Positions 35,417 to 47,490 are shown, numbered from the stretch's first letter. The stretch: DNA of 64,000 nt from Felis catus (GCF_018350175.1 NC_058369.1:3536001-3600000); one strand, 5' to 3'. Made by a program: numbers and translations. The notes: generated from the letters alone by a model not told the origin.

Positions 35417-37494
35417 CGAAGTAGGTGTTCTTGTTGACGTTTTGCAAGTGGGGGAAACCGGCCACTGGGGTGTGAGAAGACTCGCCCGCCCGAGAGGAAA
35501 GCTGATCGGGGCCAAACACTTTCTTTCCGAGCTGAGACCTGAGAAGTGCGACTTTCGCCCCCAGGCCACGGAGGCCATCTTAAAAACGGCCCGCTCGGCT
35601 CGGGTGTCAGGTGAGAGGTGATCCCCCTGCTCCAAAGGGTTGCAGACGATCTGGTTCCGGTTCCGGGGGCTGGGGGGAGGGGGTCCCCAGGTGGCAGGCG
35701 GGGGAGTGCGGGCCAGGGTCCCAGCTTCCCTGGCTCCGGCCAGTCTCGGGGGGGCCTAGGGGTGAGGTGAGCCCATCGCTGCTTCCCCTGTCGGCTTGTG
35801 AGGGTTATAGGGGGAGCCCACGTCCCCAGTAGGCCGAGTGAAGGTGGGTTGTGTGAAGTGGGAGAGAGAGCAGGCTGCCTGAAGCCGCTCAGCCGGCGGG
35901 AAGTGTTAAGTCACTGGCGGGGGGTGGGGGCGGCCATCCAGGCCCAGTGTCCGGGAGCTCGGGATTGAGGCTGAAGCCCAAGGTCGAGAAAGCGTGCGGC
36001 GCCCCCACCAGTGGGAGCCACTGCCTGCCTCCACGAAGCCGAATTTAGCACCTCAGTTCTGCTCAATGCTGGGTGCTCGGTGCTCGGTGCTCAGTACTCG
36101 CCTATCAGACCTTCCGGAGCCCCGTGGCTGTGTGGGGTCACTGCCGTGGCCTCGGCGCCCACGTGTCAAGGGAGCAGGTGAGTCCGCGCAGGGGTGTCTC
36201 TTGCCTCTGGGACTACAGCTCCTCCCCAGACACTTGGGCCACACTCGTCGCCCCCCCACCCCCCAGGATTCCAGGGGTGTCATTCGAGCAGTGTTTACAG
36301 GGAGGGGAGGGGAGCGGAGCGTCCCAGCCTCGGGTTAAAGATAGCACGGGTCAGAATCACATCACAGCCTGGAAAGGGGAGGTGACCCTCCCTGGGACTG
36401 CTGGCACAGCAGGGTGCTAACTGCGTGTCCCTGGAGAAGGGGGTGTGGAGTCCCGAGTTAGGTTTGGTGTCGCCCCGTGTGTTAGGCAAGACCCAGCCCA
36501 GATGTGGACAACACTGGCACTCCTGGGGAGGGACCCCGGCACCTTTGCCCTCCGTGGGCTGTGGAAGAGACTCTGAACCTCGGTGTCGAGTGGGACATTT
36601 GAGCTCCAGTGCAGCCTCCCCCTGCCCTGTGCCTTAATGCCCTCGATCAAAAGCTCCTCAGGCAGTAATTTTGATCGGATGGATGTCCCCTCCTCCACGC
36701 AGCCCTCCCAGATTGTTGAAAGCCTCTCAGCCATTCACTTCCCGCTGTGCGTTTCCTTCCCAGCCCTCACGTATAACTTAACCCCTGAGATGACCCCTAT
36801 TTGCTTCCTTATTTGTTCCTGTGTCCCCTTCCCTAGAACGTCAACCACACCAGCTCGTCCCCTGTTGTGTCCCCAGTGCCTAGAAGAGGGGCTGACACCC
36901 GGTAGTTTGTTGAACGAATAAAGGAATTCACAGGGAGGCCCATGTGGCCCGATGGGGTGAGGGAGGAAGCTGCTGGGGAGCCCGGGGGGAGCACAGGCAG
37001 GTGGTTGGCGGCCCGTAGCCAGGGCGCTGGGCAGCCACTGCGGTTTCAAGCCAAGAGGAGATGCCGCCCGATGGAAGCCTGGAGGCCCCTGGCTGCAGCT
37101 GCAGGAACAGGCAGGGGGAGGGGGGTGCTGGCACAGAGGGCGCACGGTGCCCGTGGCGCTTTCATACTGCGGGTGGTGCGACGGAGCGCTGGCCACAGAG
37201 GCGTCGGGCCCCCAAGGTCGAGGGACCTACTGTGCCCTTCGCAGGAGGGGCACGCCAGCCCCTGGCCCAGGGCCCCACCGTAGGAAGCTGGAAAGTCAAC
37301 CCAAAGCATGTGGAAATCAGTGAGACAGAAATGCACAAATGAGGGCTCCCGGAGCCAGGGGCCTGCGAGTCTGGGTCCCGAGGCCGCGAGGTCGAGCCCC
37401 ACGTTGGGTGTCGAGATTACTGACCTTAAGAAAACTTCTAAAAAAGTTTTTGAGGCACAACAGAGAAAAACCAGTGAACCCCAAAGCTGGTCCT

Positions 37495-38285
37495 TTTATT
37501 TTTTTTTTCAACGTTTATTTATTTTTGGGACAGAGACAGAGCACGAGCGGGGGAGGGGCAGAGAGAGAGGGAGACACAGAACCGGAAGCAGGCTCCAGGC
37601 TCCGAGCCATCAGCCCAGAGCCCGACGCGGGGCTCGAACCCACGGACCGCGAGATCGTGACCTGGCTGAAGTCGGACGCTTAACCGACTGCGCCACCCAG
37701 GCGCCCCTGGTCCTTTTATTTATTTATTTTTTTAAGTTTACTTTGAGAGAGAGAAGTGGGGGGGGGGAGGGGCAGAGAGAGGGAGAGCGAGCATCCCAAG
37801 CAGGCTCCGTGCTGTCAGAGCAAAGCCCTGCAACGGGCCTCGAACCCCCCGAAGCCTGAGATGGAGGCCTGAGCCCAAGTCAGGTGCTTAACCCACTGAG
37901 CTACCCAGGTGCCCCTGGTTCTTTTAAAAACTAAATAAAATTGATGCTTCTGCTGAGCACCGAGCATAGAAGTGTTCAGTCACTACTGTGTCCCTGAAAC
38001 TAACAGAACACTGTACTAACTGTGCTGGGATTAAAATAAAAACTTAATTAAGAAACTTAGAAAAAAAATACTTCGGGGCGCCTGGGTGGCTCAGTCGGTT
38101 GGGTGACCGACTCCGACTCCGGTCACGATCTCGCGGTTGGTGAGTTCGGGCCCCCGCGTCCGGCTCTGACAGCTCGGAGCCTGGATCCTGCTTCGGATTC
38201 TGTGTCTCCTTCTCTCTCTGCCCCTCCCCCACTTGTGCTCTCACTCTGTCTCTCAAAAATCAATAACTGTAAAAAAAAAAATTCT
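37495..38285. mobile_element. Cluster of three CAN-SINEs (two -, one +)
   Basis: Young SINEC_Fc-type at 37495-37707 (-), another at 37715-37915 (-), and one at 38075-38280 (+). Confidence 0.85.
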
Positions 38286-40099
38286 TTTAAATATTAAGAA
38301 ACAAGTTAAATAAAATTGAAGAAACGTGTGTGGTGGGGGTGGTTCTGGTTTCTGACCGCGGCCACGTGACCTTGGCAACATCAGCCCCCCTCCTGAGATG
38401 AGTCTCAGTTTCCTCATCTGTAAGATGGGGTTGGCAGGGGTCGCTGCCTGCTAGCATCGCAGGAAGGAGTAAACGGGTTTGTCTGTGACAACGTCCCGGC
38501 GCATAATAAGTGCGCAAAGAGCTGTGTGGTTACAGGGCGCCTGCTGTCTGCACGCTCATTTATACATCTGAGGCACAGATGAATTGGGAAAGCTTTCAAA
38601 TCTTTTCTTGAACGTGTCTTAGGGGACAAAGCATAGCGAGCCTCCCCTCCCCCACCACGGCACGTGAGTTTCCAGATGCTCGTACCGAAAATGACCCCGA
38701 GTTTTAAAATAAAGACGAGTTTGTTACAATTTGTTACTGAGATGAAATTCACCATTCCAAAGCGTACAGACAGTTCAGTGGCTTTCACTATAGTCACAAG
38801 GTTGTGCAACCATCACCGCGATCCAATTCCAGAAATAAAAAAGGGAGGTGGGGGGTAATCTTAAAGCCTGTTTGAAGAAAAATACTAAATGACTCGAGAA
38901 ATAGAAAAGACCTTCAGGAAGAGGGCAGATGGCCAGCAAAGAACCTGCGGGACAGGAGACAGGTGAGCAAGGGGGGTGGGCGGGCTGATGCCAGAGCACG
39001 TCAGATCCCACGTGACAAAGGGGCTCCGACACAGCGACCCGCAAGGGATGGGGCGGGCATGTGGCGCCAGGCCGGCCTGCCAACCTCCAGTGCCCAGGTC
39101 CCCGCAGAGGAGGGGCGTGGGATTCGCAGGGCGGGGACAGGCAGAGAGCCCGATAAGAGGTCTGAGGGGCCCCCCGGGGAGCGTCAGGGAAGACAGGAGA
39201 TGGGGCCAGCCCCCCACGCCCCACGCCCAGAGGTCAGGAAGCTCCTTTTCTTGGGAAGAGTACAATTTTTTTTTTTTTTTTTTAACTTCCCTTGGAAATT
39301 GGAAACCCTGGGCACCTCCCAGGGCTATAAAAAGGCCAGAGCCGCTGACCAAGTTAAAAATAAAAGGTCCGCGCCCAGAGGCACTGGGGGTGGGAGGGGG
39401 CACTGTGCGGGTCAGGCTGGGGTGGGCCGGCCTTGTTGCTGGGTGACTTAAAGCAGGTGTCTGCCCTCTCTGGGCTCTGGTCCCCAACAGCCTTCGACTG
39501 AACAATTTCCAAAGGCCCAGTTAATGAGGATGTTTATACAGCTGCTATTGTTATTTACGGAGGCGATAAGCGAGGAAAGGGGCGTGGCGGCATGACCTGA
39601 ACTTGGCACTCTCTGGGGTCTCTGGGGCCTCTCTTCAGGAGGAATGCTCTTCGGTTCCAGGCAGGGGAGAACCCGGAATCACTGTCCCATGGCGACCCCT
39701 GGTGGCGCAGCACGCTCACTGCAGCGCTTTCTGGATTTCACCCTCCCCCCTCCCCCCCCCCCATAAACGCAGGATCCTGTTCTGGGGGGAAGGGGGCGCC
39801 ACATACAGGACACAGGTTCTGTACTCAGGTCGACCACACTGGCTCCTCCCCATCCTTCGGAGTCTTTGCACGGACTGCACCCTCCGCCTGCAGTAGCCTT
39901 TCCTTCTTGGAATGCCTCCTCCAGGAAGCCTCCCATGACCACCCCCAACCCCAAGGCCCCCACAGTGGCCTCTGCGTCCCCCGTCACACCCAGGACCACC
40001 CCGGCTGCAACCACCTAGTGGCGCGTCTGTCTTCCCCACAGAGCTGTGAGCCCCGTGGGGAACATGGAACAAAGAGATTGGTCGAAAGAGAGAAAGGTT

Positions 40100-40680
40100 G
40101 GCACATTCGTTCAAATTCATGTGCTGAGCCTCTGCTGTGTGCCAGCTACTGGGGTCCAGCAGGGAACTCACCAGATAAAATTCCCATCCTCGTGGGGAAG
40201 GCAGATGATAAACCAGGTGTTCAATGAATAAGTGACATTATTACTATTATTAGTCTAAAAACGCCGAGCATTAGGGAACAATAGAGCAGTGTGGGGGAGG
40301 ATGGGGGCATCTGGTGGATGTGGTTGTAAATTATTTTAAATGGGAGGCTCAGAGAAGCTTGCCCTGAGAGGATGGCATTTGAGCAAATATCTGGAGGAGG
40401 TGAGCGAGGAGCTATGTAGACATTTGAAGGAAGGGCATTTCAAGCAGCGGGAACAGCCCACGTGAAGGTCCTGGGGCAGGACCACACCTGGCGGGTCGAG
40501 GCCCATGTGGCTCGCACAGACTAGGCTAGGGGGAAAGACGGAGGAGGGGACAGCAGGTCGTGCAGAGCCTTGGGCGCCCGCGGGGAGGACTTCGGCTCCC
40601 CCCCCCCCCCCCCAAAGAGGTGGGAGCCCTGAAGGGCTGCGTCACAGGAGGTGCTCACAGGCGCCCTCTGGTGGGACACC
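40100..40680 (-). mobile_element. L2-like element carrying a CTCF motif (40661-40674)
   Basis: Begins with an inverted L2 3' end (CATTCGTTCAAATTCATGTGCTGAGC). L2-type body, then GCGCCCTCTGGTGG. Confidence 0.7.
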
Positions 40681-42559
40681 CAAAATGCGCTGGAGACGCA
40701 GGGGATGTGCAAGATTCAAACTCAAAGCCCCTCAAGTTCTGCCCAGGCCCAGGGGCAGCCACGCATGCGCTGTGTGACACTGGGCAATGCATTGCCCTCT
40801 CTGGGCCCGGGGAGCGGGAGAAATTTGTACAAGATCTAACCATCTCGGAAAGACACCGTTCCAAGCAGGGACACAGCTAAGAACCTCCGAAAATAAATCA
40901 TCTGTTATTGATTCATGTTTCACAGTTTTTATTTAAAAACATTTTTTAACGTTTCTTCTTGTTTTTTTTTTTTTTCCTGAGAGACCGAGCACGAGCAGAG
41001 GAGGGACAGAGAGAGGGAGACACAGAATCCGAAGCAGGCTCCAGGCTCTGAGCGGTCAGCACAGAGTCCGATGCGGGGCTTGAACTCGCACACCGTGAGA
41101 TCATGACCTGAGCCAAAGTCGGACGCTTAACCGACGGAGCCACCCAGGCGCCCTCATATCTCACAGTTTTTAGAGAAGGGGAAATTTTCAAAAAATTCCC
41201 TTCTATTTTTCCTTGAGGCTGTTTGTTCTAGTGGGGACAGGGGTTTCCCAGGAAACACCCCAGACCTGGGGCCACTGGGAGGCACACTGGCCTTGGGACG
41301 GTGGCGGCCAGCAGGGGGCACCAGGACGGCAGGACGTGTGGCTGAGCGCCCCCGCCCCGCTCTGGGGAACCTTGGCCATGGCGGCGCCTGGCCGTAGTCC
41401 TAGCCGCGGGCTTTTCTCGCCCCAGTACCTTTGTCCATGCTGTGCCCACCTCTAGGAACTCTCTCCCCAACCCATGGCTCATTCCAACTCACGCCTCAGG
41501 TCTCAGCTTACTTCCTCCTTCCAGAAGCTTCTCTCAATCCCCCCAGGTTGGTCAACGGTCCCCTTTGGGCCTCCGGAGCCCCCTACACCTCTCCATCGCA
41601 GGCCTCATCGCCCCGTAGCGGACCACGAGCCTGGGAGAGCAGAACGGGGTCGTCCTGCGTCACCTTGGGGGCATGGTGACCACTGAGTCACCACTGTGCC
41701 CAGAGGGCCTGCGCCCAGGAGGAGCTCAGTAAATGTGGGTTGGATGAGCAGATGGATGAATCCACATCCTGCCCACTCAGTGCCCGGTGAACCCCATGCG
41801 GGTGGGGAGCCGCGCCCCGCACAGACACGGCTGCCCGCGTTGTTGGTCAAAGGACTCACTGAGCAATGACTCTGCTCCACTTCCTGGGTTGGGTTCTGAA
41901 AACGCTACAGAGACCCAGACAGATCCACCCCGGTGCTCTCAGGGTATGCAGGGTGTGGCGGAGAAACCAGGAATTAAGTAAAACAAGATTATTTCACAGA
42001 TTAAAAAAAAAAAAAAAATGGAGGCCATGAATTCACAGTGTGCACAACCTCCGTAGGGGCTAGAATCCAGCAGAGGGACGCCTGGCTCCTTCTTCTGCCC
42101 CCAAAAGCTACTTTGCGTGCTGTGTGACCTTGGGTAAATGACTTCGCCTCTCTGGGCTTCAGTTTCCTCATCTGTAAATTGGGGCAGGGATAGTCTCCAG
42201 CCCCTGGGCTATTGGGAGGGCGAAACAAGTTCATGGGGCATGTAAAACCCTCAGCCCAGGGGTTTCAAAGTGATTGTCCTTTAAATGTGCTGCCGTGACA
42301 CAGGGACGTGGGAAGTGTTGGCGCTCCAGACCCGAAGTCACCGGGACCACGGACGGATGGGGAAAATGAGGCCCAGAAAAGGGCTGTGATTTGTTCCGAG
42401 TCTCACAATTTCTCAGGGATTAATAGGGGTTCGTGCTCTGAACGTGCCCGCTTGTCCCTCCTCTGCCCCCAGCGTGCGTCCAGCCCCCATGGTGGCCGGC
42501 CTGGCCAGGGTCTGTTGCCGCCGCTCTGGTCGCTGGCTCGCTCACACGTGCACCCACCT

Positions 42560-43165
42560 CCCAGTCTGTCCTCCCCAGAGAAGCCACCAGAGGGCGCCTG
42601 TGAGCACTGGAGTCAGATTCCCACCCCACCCCACCCCCATCCTCTGCTTGCTAAGGGCCTCCAGGACTTCCGCCTTCCCAGGGAAAAGCCCAAGTCCTCC
42701 CCCAGGCCCACAAAGCCGTGCATCCCCTCCCCTCCTCCTCTCCACCCTCTCTCCCCCTCGCTCACTCTGCTCCAGCCACAAGGCCTTCTCGCTGTTCCTC
42801 CAACATGCCAGGCAGGGCTCTACCCCAGGGCGTTTGCACGAGCTCTGTCCTCTTTCCAGAAAAATCACCTGGTCCTCAAACTCGTCTCATCCCGGCCAGC
42901 TCCTCTTTCTACAGGCCTTGGCTCTAACACGGGCTCCTTACACCCCCACTGGCCACTGGGTCCAAAGTTTCCCCCTGGGACACTCCCATGTCACTGTTCA
43001 TTTCTTCTGATGTCTCTTCACTTTCTGAAATTATCTCTGCTTCGTTTGATGATTCATTCACTGCTCCCTCCCCTCCGATTCCGACTGCACGGATGTATTC
43101 AGTGCCCCTACTGCACTCCAATGCAGGCACCCAGTAGGCACCCCATAAATGTTACTTGAATGAAC
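42560..43165 (+). mobile_element. L2-like element carrying a CTCF motif (42584-42597)
   Basis: TCACTCTGCTCCAGCCACA...GCTGTTCCTCCAACATGCCAGG L2 core, ending CCCAGTAGGCACCCCATAAATGTTACTTGAATGAA. Contains CCACCAGAGGGCGC. Confidence 0.75.
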
Positions 43166-43772
43166 CAAATGGCCTGTTCACTGCAGCTGTCCCGTTATTT
43201 GCAGCTAGCTCCCGCGTCGATGATTCGAAACAGTCTGTCCACGAACCCACGCCACCTTGCAGCGCCCTGGAAGCTGCTTTCAGGGGCTCCTCCCCGGGTT
43301 TGACGTCAGTGCTACGAAGGCCCTGGAGAAATCTGAGTCAGCCACTAAAATAATAAGTCGAATCTGACCGCCTGGGTGAGTCAGCCAGGCCCGCCCTCCT
43401 GGGCCCCAAGAAAGGGGGAAAAGGCTTGCAAAGTTCATGTTTGCAGGAAGCAGTTGGGTGGGAGGGGCCAGCAGCTTCCTGGCTTAACCAGCTCAAATTT
43501 GCCTTTCCTTCCCTTGGAAATTACAATCTCCCCACTCCTGACCTGTGTGACCTTGGGGACCAGAATTCACCTCTTGGAGCCTGTTTTTTTTTCTCTGTAA
43601 GATGAGCCCAATGATGTAAGCCTGTACCCCAAGGGCGTTCAATTTTGGGGATTCAAAATAGGTTCAAGGCCGCCTGGCAGGCTCAGTCAGTGCAGCCTGT
43701 GACTCCTGATGTTGGGGTCCAGAGTTCCAGCCCCAGTCGGGCACAGAGAGTACTTAAAAAAAAAATACCAAT

Positions 43773-44235
43773 AGGGGCGCCTGGGAGGCTCAGTCCGTTA
43801 GGCGTCCAACTTCGGCTCAGGTCATGATCTCACGGTTCAGGTTCGTGGGTTCGAGCCCCACATCGGGCTCTATGCTGACAGCTCAGAGCCTGGAGCCTGT
43901 TTCAGATTCCGTGTCTCCCTCTCTCTCTGCCCCTCCCCTGTTCATGCTCTGTCTCAAAAATAAATAAACATTTGGGGCGCCTGGGTGGCGCAGTCGGTTA
44001 AGCGTCCGACTTCAGCCAGGTCACGATCTCGCGGTCCGTGAGTTCGAGCCCCGCGTCGGGCTCTGGGCTGATGGCTCAGAGCCTGGAGCCTGTTTCCGAT
44101 TCTGTGTCTCCCTCTCTCTCTGCTCCTCCCCCGTTCATGCTCTGTCTCTCTCTGTCCCAAAAATAAATAAATGTTGAAAAAAAAATTTAAAAAAAATAAA
44201 AATAAATAAAAATAAATAAATAAACATTAAAAAAT
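43773..44235 (+). mobile_element. Young SINEC_Fc-type SINE (43974-44212) inserted in the A-tail of an older CAN-SINE
   Basis: AAATAAATAAACATT duplicated on both sides of the inner copy. Confidence 0.85.
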
Positions 44236-44905
44236 TAAAATTAAAATAAACAAATAAATACCAATAAAAAATAAAATATGTTGAGATCTTTAAAGCCTCC
44301 GGAATCCGTAAATGTGAGTAACCCACGAATGTTAATTCTACTCCTTCCCAAAGGTCTGTGACTCTGAAAAAGATTAGCCCCCTCCTCTCCGGGCCTGCCA
44401 TTAATGAGCACTCACACTGCCCCTGGAGCGTGAGTGTGTCGCAAAGGATCTGCGGACAACCTTGAAACACTGGCATCATAAGCCCCCTTCCCCGATGAGA
44501 GCTTGAGGCTCCGCAAGCCCAAGGCTGTTGCCTAAGATCGCATGGTGGGATCTGAGCCCAGAATGGGGTAGTTGGGGGGCATCAAGGCAGGACCCCTCCC
44601 AGGCAAAAAAAAAAAAAAAAAAAAGGGGGGGGTTTACAGCAATCAAGTAATAAATGTCCTGTGTCTTTTCTCTCCACATTCTGTGATATGGGAACCAAAA
44701 CTTTCAGCAAAGCACACTGCCCAGCAGAAGACTACATTTCCCAACTTCCCTTGCAGCCAAAGGGACCACGTGACTACGTTCCGCCCAATGAAATGAGAGA
44801 AACAGCGCAACTTCCGGTCCCGGCGTCTCCCTTCCAATCCCCTTTTGGGGGGAACACTAGACGTCTCGGGGAGTGGAACGGCACTGGAGAAGCGTTCAAT
44901 AAATA

Positions 44906-44911
44906 TTTATT
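44906..44911 (-). terminator. TICAM1: Probable TICAM1 polyadenylation signal
   Basis: TTTATT on + (AATAAA on -), ~260 nt after the stop codon. Confidence 0.7.
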
Positions 44912-45170
44912 AAAGTCGAAACACACTTCCCACATCCCCCAGCCCACTCCCCGCCACCGCCAGCACCCGGGTGAGAATCCGCAAATGCCACCACCAACTC
45001 CGCGCCCACCCACCCCCTCCTTGCGCGCCAGAAAGTCGCCGGGGCCCATTTTGCACGATTTCCTGAGAGACGGAGGTCTCCCCAGCGACGTCCTGAAGGT
45101 TGCAGACGACGTCGCGCTCCTCCTCCCGCCCCGGGCACGGTGCGGGCGTCCCCAAGGCCGGGGTCACCGG

Positions 45171-47333
45171 TCACTCCGCGCCCTGCGTCTTGTCCTCGGG
45201 CGCCTGGGTCCCTCTCTGGTTCCACATGTGGTTGTTGAGGCCCAGCTGCACCATCTGCGCGTGGTGGATGATGAGGGGCTGCAGCCCCGGGCTCTGAGGG
45301 GGCGCCGGGGGCTGCGGGAAGGCGGGCGCGGGTGCCGGGGCGCCGGCCAGCCACGGGGGCGCGGGCGGCGGCGGCTGGTGGCCCGGCCAGGAGGGAAAGG
45401 GCGGGGGCGCTCCCAGGGGCCCCGGAGTCCCAAAGGGCATGTGGCTCCCGAAGGCCACCCGGAGCGTCTCCATCTGCGCCTGCCAGGCCGAGTGGCTCTG
45501 GAAATAGGCCGAGTAGGCGGCGTTCAGCGCCGAGACGCGCTGCCGCTCGCCCTCCAGCTGCTGGCGCTGCTCCTGCAGGGCGCGGACGTCCTGCTCCTTC
45601 CTCCAGTGGGCCCTGCGGGCTCGCAGCCTCTGCGGCTTGAAGGTGTTGGCCACCTTCCTGGCGAAGATCTGGGAGCGCTCGTCCAGCCACACCAGGCTGG
45701 TGAGCAGGCTGCAGGTGTGCGGGCTGAGCTGCTCCAGCGAGCTCTCCAGGGGCAGGAAGGGGATCACGCAGTCCCCACACTCGTGCCGCGTGAGGCTGTT
45801 CATCAGGGACTGGCCCGCCTGGTGCAGGCCCAGGTGGCAGTCGAAGTTGGGGGTAAGCAGCAGGAGGGTGAAGGCTGAGTGGTCGAGGGCGTCCTGCAGG
45901 CAGCGCAGGTGGCCGCGCCCGGGCACCTGGAAATCCTCGCAGAAGGTGGCGCCATCCGGGACGCCCAGGCTCTCCAGCCTCTCTCGGACCCGCAGGGCAA
46001 TGTCCTCGTCTGCCCCCGCGTGCAGGATCACAAAGTTGTAGAATTTCTGCTCTGGCTCCAACTCGGGGGCCGGGGGGCACGGATTCCAGGCGGCGGAGCA
46101 AGCGGAAGGAGGGATGGATGGAGAAGGGCAGGGCGCGGAGGTCCTCGGGGCCGAGGGGGTGGGGGGGCATGGGGGGGTCCTCTGGGAAGCGGTATCTTCT
46201 ACAGGGAGTGAGAGGGGGGTCTGGTCCTTGTCAGGGCAAGTGGTTTTGGGGGGCAAGGGGAGAGATGCGGGGGCGGCCAGCGCGTGGCTGCACTCCACCG
46301 GGTAGCGGGTGCCGCTTTCCAGAGCTTTGGGGGCGTCGGGCTGGCCAGTGGGGCTTGCATCTGGGACCACCTCAGGAAGTCTAGGGCCCGGGCTGTCTGG
46401 TGCCATCTGGGGGCCGGCAGTCTCTCCCGATGAGGGGTCCTCCAAAGAGGGGCCCTCCGATGAGGGGCCAGCGGTCTCCCCCAGCAGGGGCCCGGCAGTC
46501 ACCCCCGATGGAGGGCCGGCTGTGTCCCCAGGTGAAGGGTTGACAGACTCCTCGGATGGTGGCCAGCTCACTTCCTCAGGCTCCTGGCAGCCTGTGGGGG
46601 CAGGTTCAGGTTCGGGCCCGGGGCCTGCCCGGGGCTCCTCACACAGCTTGCTGGGCGCACGACAGCCGCGGTGCTGGCTGAGAAGAGGCACGGTGGGTGA
46701 CTGGCTAATTTCCAGGTTGCTGGCGAGGGAGGCGGGGCTGCTGGTGGATCTCAGAGAACACCCTCTGCTCCAGCCCGAAAGGCCCTCGATGGGCTTGGGA
46801 AGGCTGCGGGTGCCCGAGGGGGACACCGAGGATGGCGGGAGGCAGCCCCGATCGGAGCGAAGGGGCTGGAAGCTCCCGGGAGCCCGGATGACGCCCCAGC
46901 CGCACCGGTCCCGGGCCTCTCCCTGGAGCTCGGCCAGCCGGTGGTCGTCCCTGGAGCTGAACGTCTGGAGGGCTGTCTGGTAGGCCAGGTCCCGCACAGG
47001 GGCCGGGCACAGCTTCTCCTCGGCGAGCAGGTGGTACACCCGGGCAATGGCCCAGGACAAGTCCGGGGGCTCCTCCGGGGCCTCGGCGCTGTCCACGCCG
47101 GCCCAGCGGCGGGCCACGAGCCGGGCCGCTGCGTCCGCCCTCAGAGCTTCCAGGGAGATCCTGGCCTCCGTCTCCTGGCCCAGCTTCAGAAGCACCATGG
47201 CGTACAGGAGGTCTGCCCCTCGGCAGCCCTGGTGGACCGTCTTCAGCTTGTGCTTAAGGTACAAGAGCTTGTCCTGGCCTGCGGCACCTAGAATGTCGAA
47301 GGCGCCGGAGAGCGACGGGCCCGTGCAGGCCAT
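45171..47333 (-). CDS. TICAM1: TIR domain-containing adapter molecule 1 (TRIF), 720 aa, single coding exon
   Basis: Starts MACTGPSLSGAFDILGAAGQDKLLYLKHKL. pLxIS motif NLEIS, TRAF6-type PEEVSW, TIR domain QKFYNFVILHA...EDFQVPGRG, RHIM PLIIHHAQMVQLGLNNHMW. The ORF track's extra MP comes from a GTG; the ATG is at 47333. Confidence 0.97.
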   Translation of the reverse strand: MACTGPSLSGAFDILGAAGQDKLLYLKHKLKTVHQGCRGADLLYAMVLLKLGQETEARISLEALRADAAARLVARRWAGVDSAEAPEEPPDLSWAIARVYHLLAEEKLCPAPVRDLAYQTALQTFSSRDDHRLAELQGEARDRCGWGVIRAPGSFQPLRSDRGCLPPSSVSPSGTRSLPKPIEGLSGWSRGCSLRSTSSPASLASNLEISQSPTVPLLSQHRGCRAPSKLCEEPRAGPGPEPEPAPTGCQEPEEVSWPPSEESVNPSPGDTAGPPSGVTAGPLLGETAGPSSEGPSLEDPSSGETAGPQMAPDSPGPRLPEVVPDASPTGQPDAPKALESGTRYPVECSHALAAPASLPLPPKTTCPDKDQTPLSLPVEDTASQRTPPCPPTPSAPRTSAPCPSPSIPPSACSAAWNPCPPAPELEPEQKFYNFVILHAGADEDIALRVRERLESLGVPDGATFCEDFQVPGRGHLRCLQDALDHSAFTLLLLTPNFDCHLGLHQAGQSLMNSLTRHECGDCVIPFLPLESSLEQLSPHTCSLLTSLVWLDERSQIFARKVANTFKPQRLRARRAHWRKEQDVRALQEQRQQLEGERQRVSALNAAYSAYFQSHSAWQAQMETLRVAFGSHMPFGTPGPLGAPPPFPSWPGHQPPPPAPPWLAGAPAPAPAFPQPPAPPQSPGLQPLIIHHAQMVQLGLNNHMWNQRGTQAPEDKTQGAE

Positions 47334-47465
47334 GGGCACAGGTGGGTGCAGCCGCGGGCAGCAACACTGGAGGCTGGAGGCATGTTCCGCAGCACCTGCC
47401 TTCCTGCATGCTGGGTGTCCCCCGACGTGCTCACCCCAATCCCACGGGGGGACCCTGGGGCCGAC

Positions 47466-47490
47466 CTGTGGGGCGAGAGAGACACCGTCA
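47466..47490 (-). other. TICAM1: Splice acceptor of the TICAM1 coding exon (exon starts 47465)
   Basis: Minus strand TGTCTCTCTCGCCCCACAG|GTCGG, 132 nt upstream of the ATG. Confidence 0.75.

Noticed and set aside
36055..36100. Short tandem duplications (GGTGCTC repeats here; 17-mer at ~24650-24687; 23-bp duplication at ~58642-58681)
   Set aside because: Ordinary slippage products with no further structure.
44720..44825. GACTACATTTCCCA, CACGTGAC and ACTTCCGG motifs just past the TICAM1 3' end
   Set aside because: The context resembles an old MLT1-type LTR that carries this motif natively; no independent support for function.
44661..46170. 405-aa (+) and 424-aa (-) ORFs overlapping TICAM1
   Set aside because: Alternate-frame or antisense shadows in GC-rich coding DNA; no domain features.
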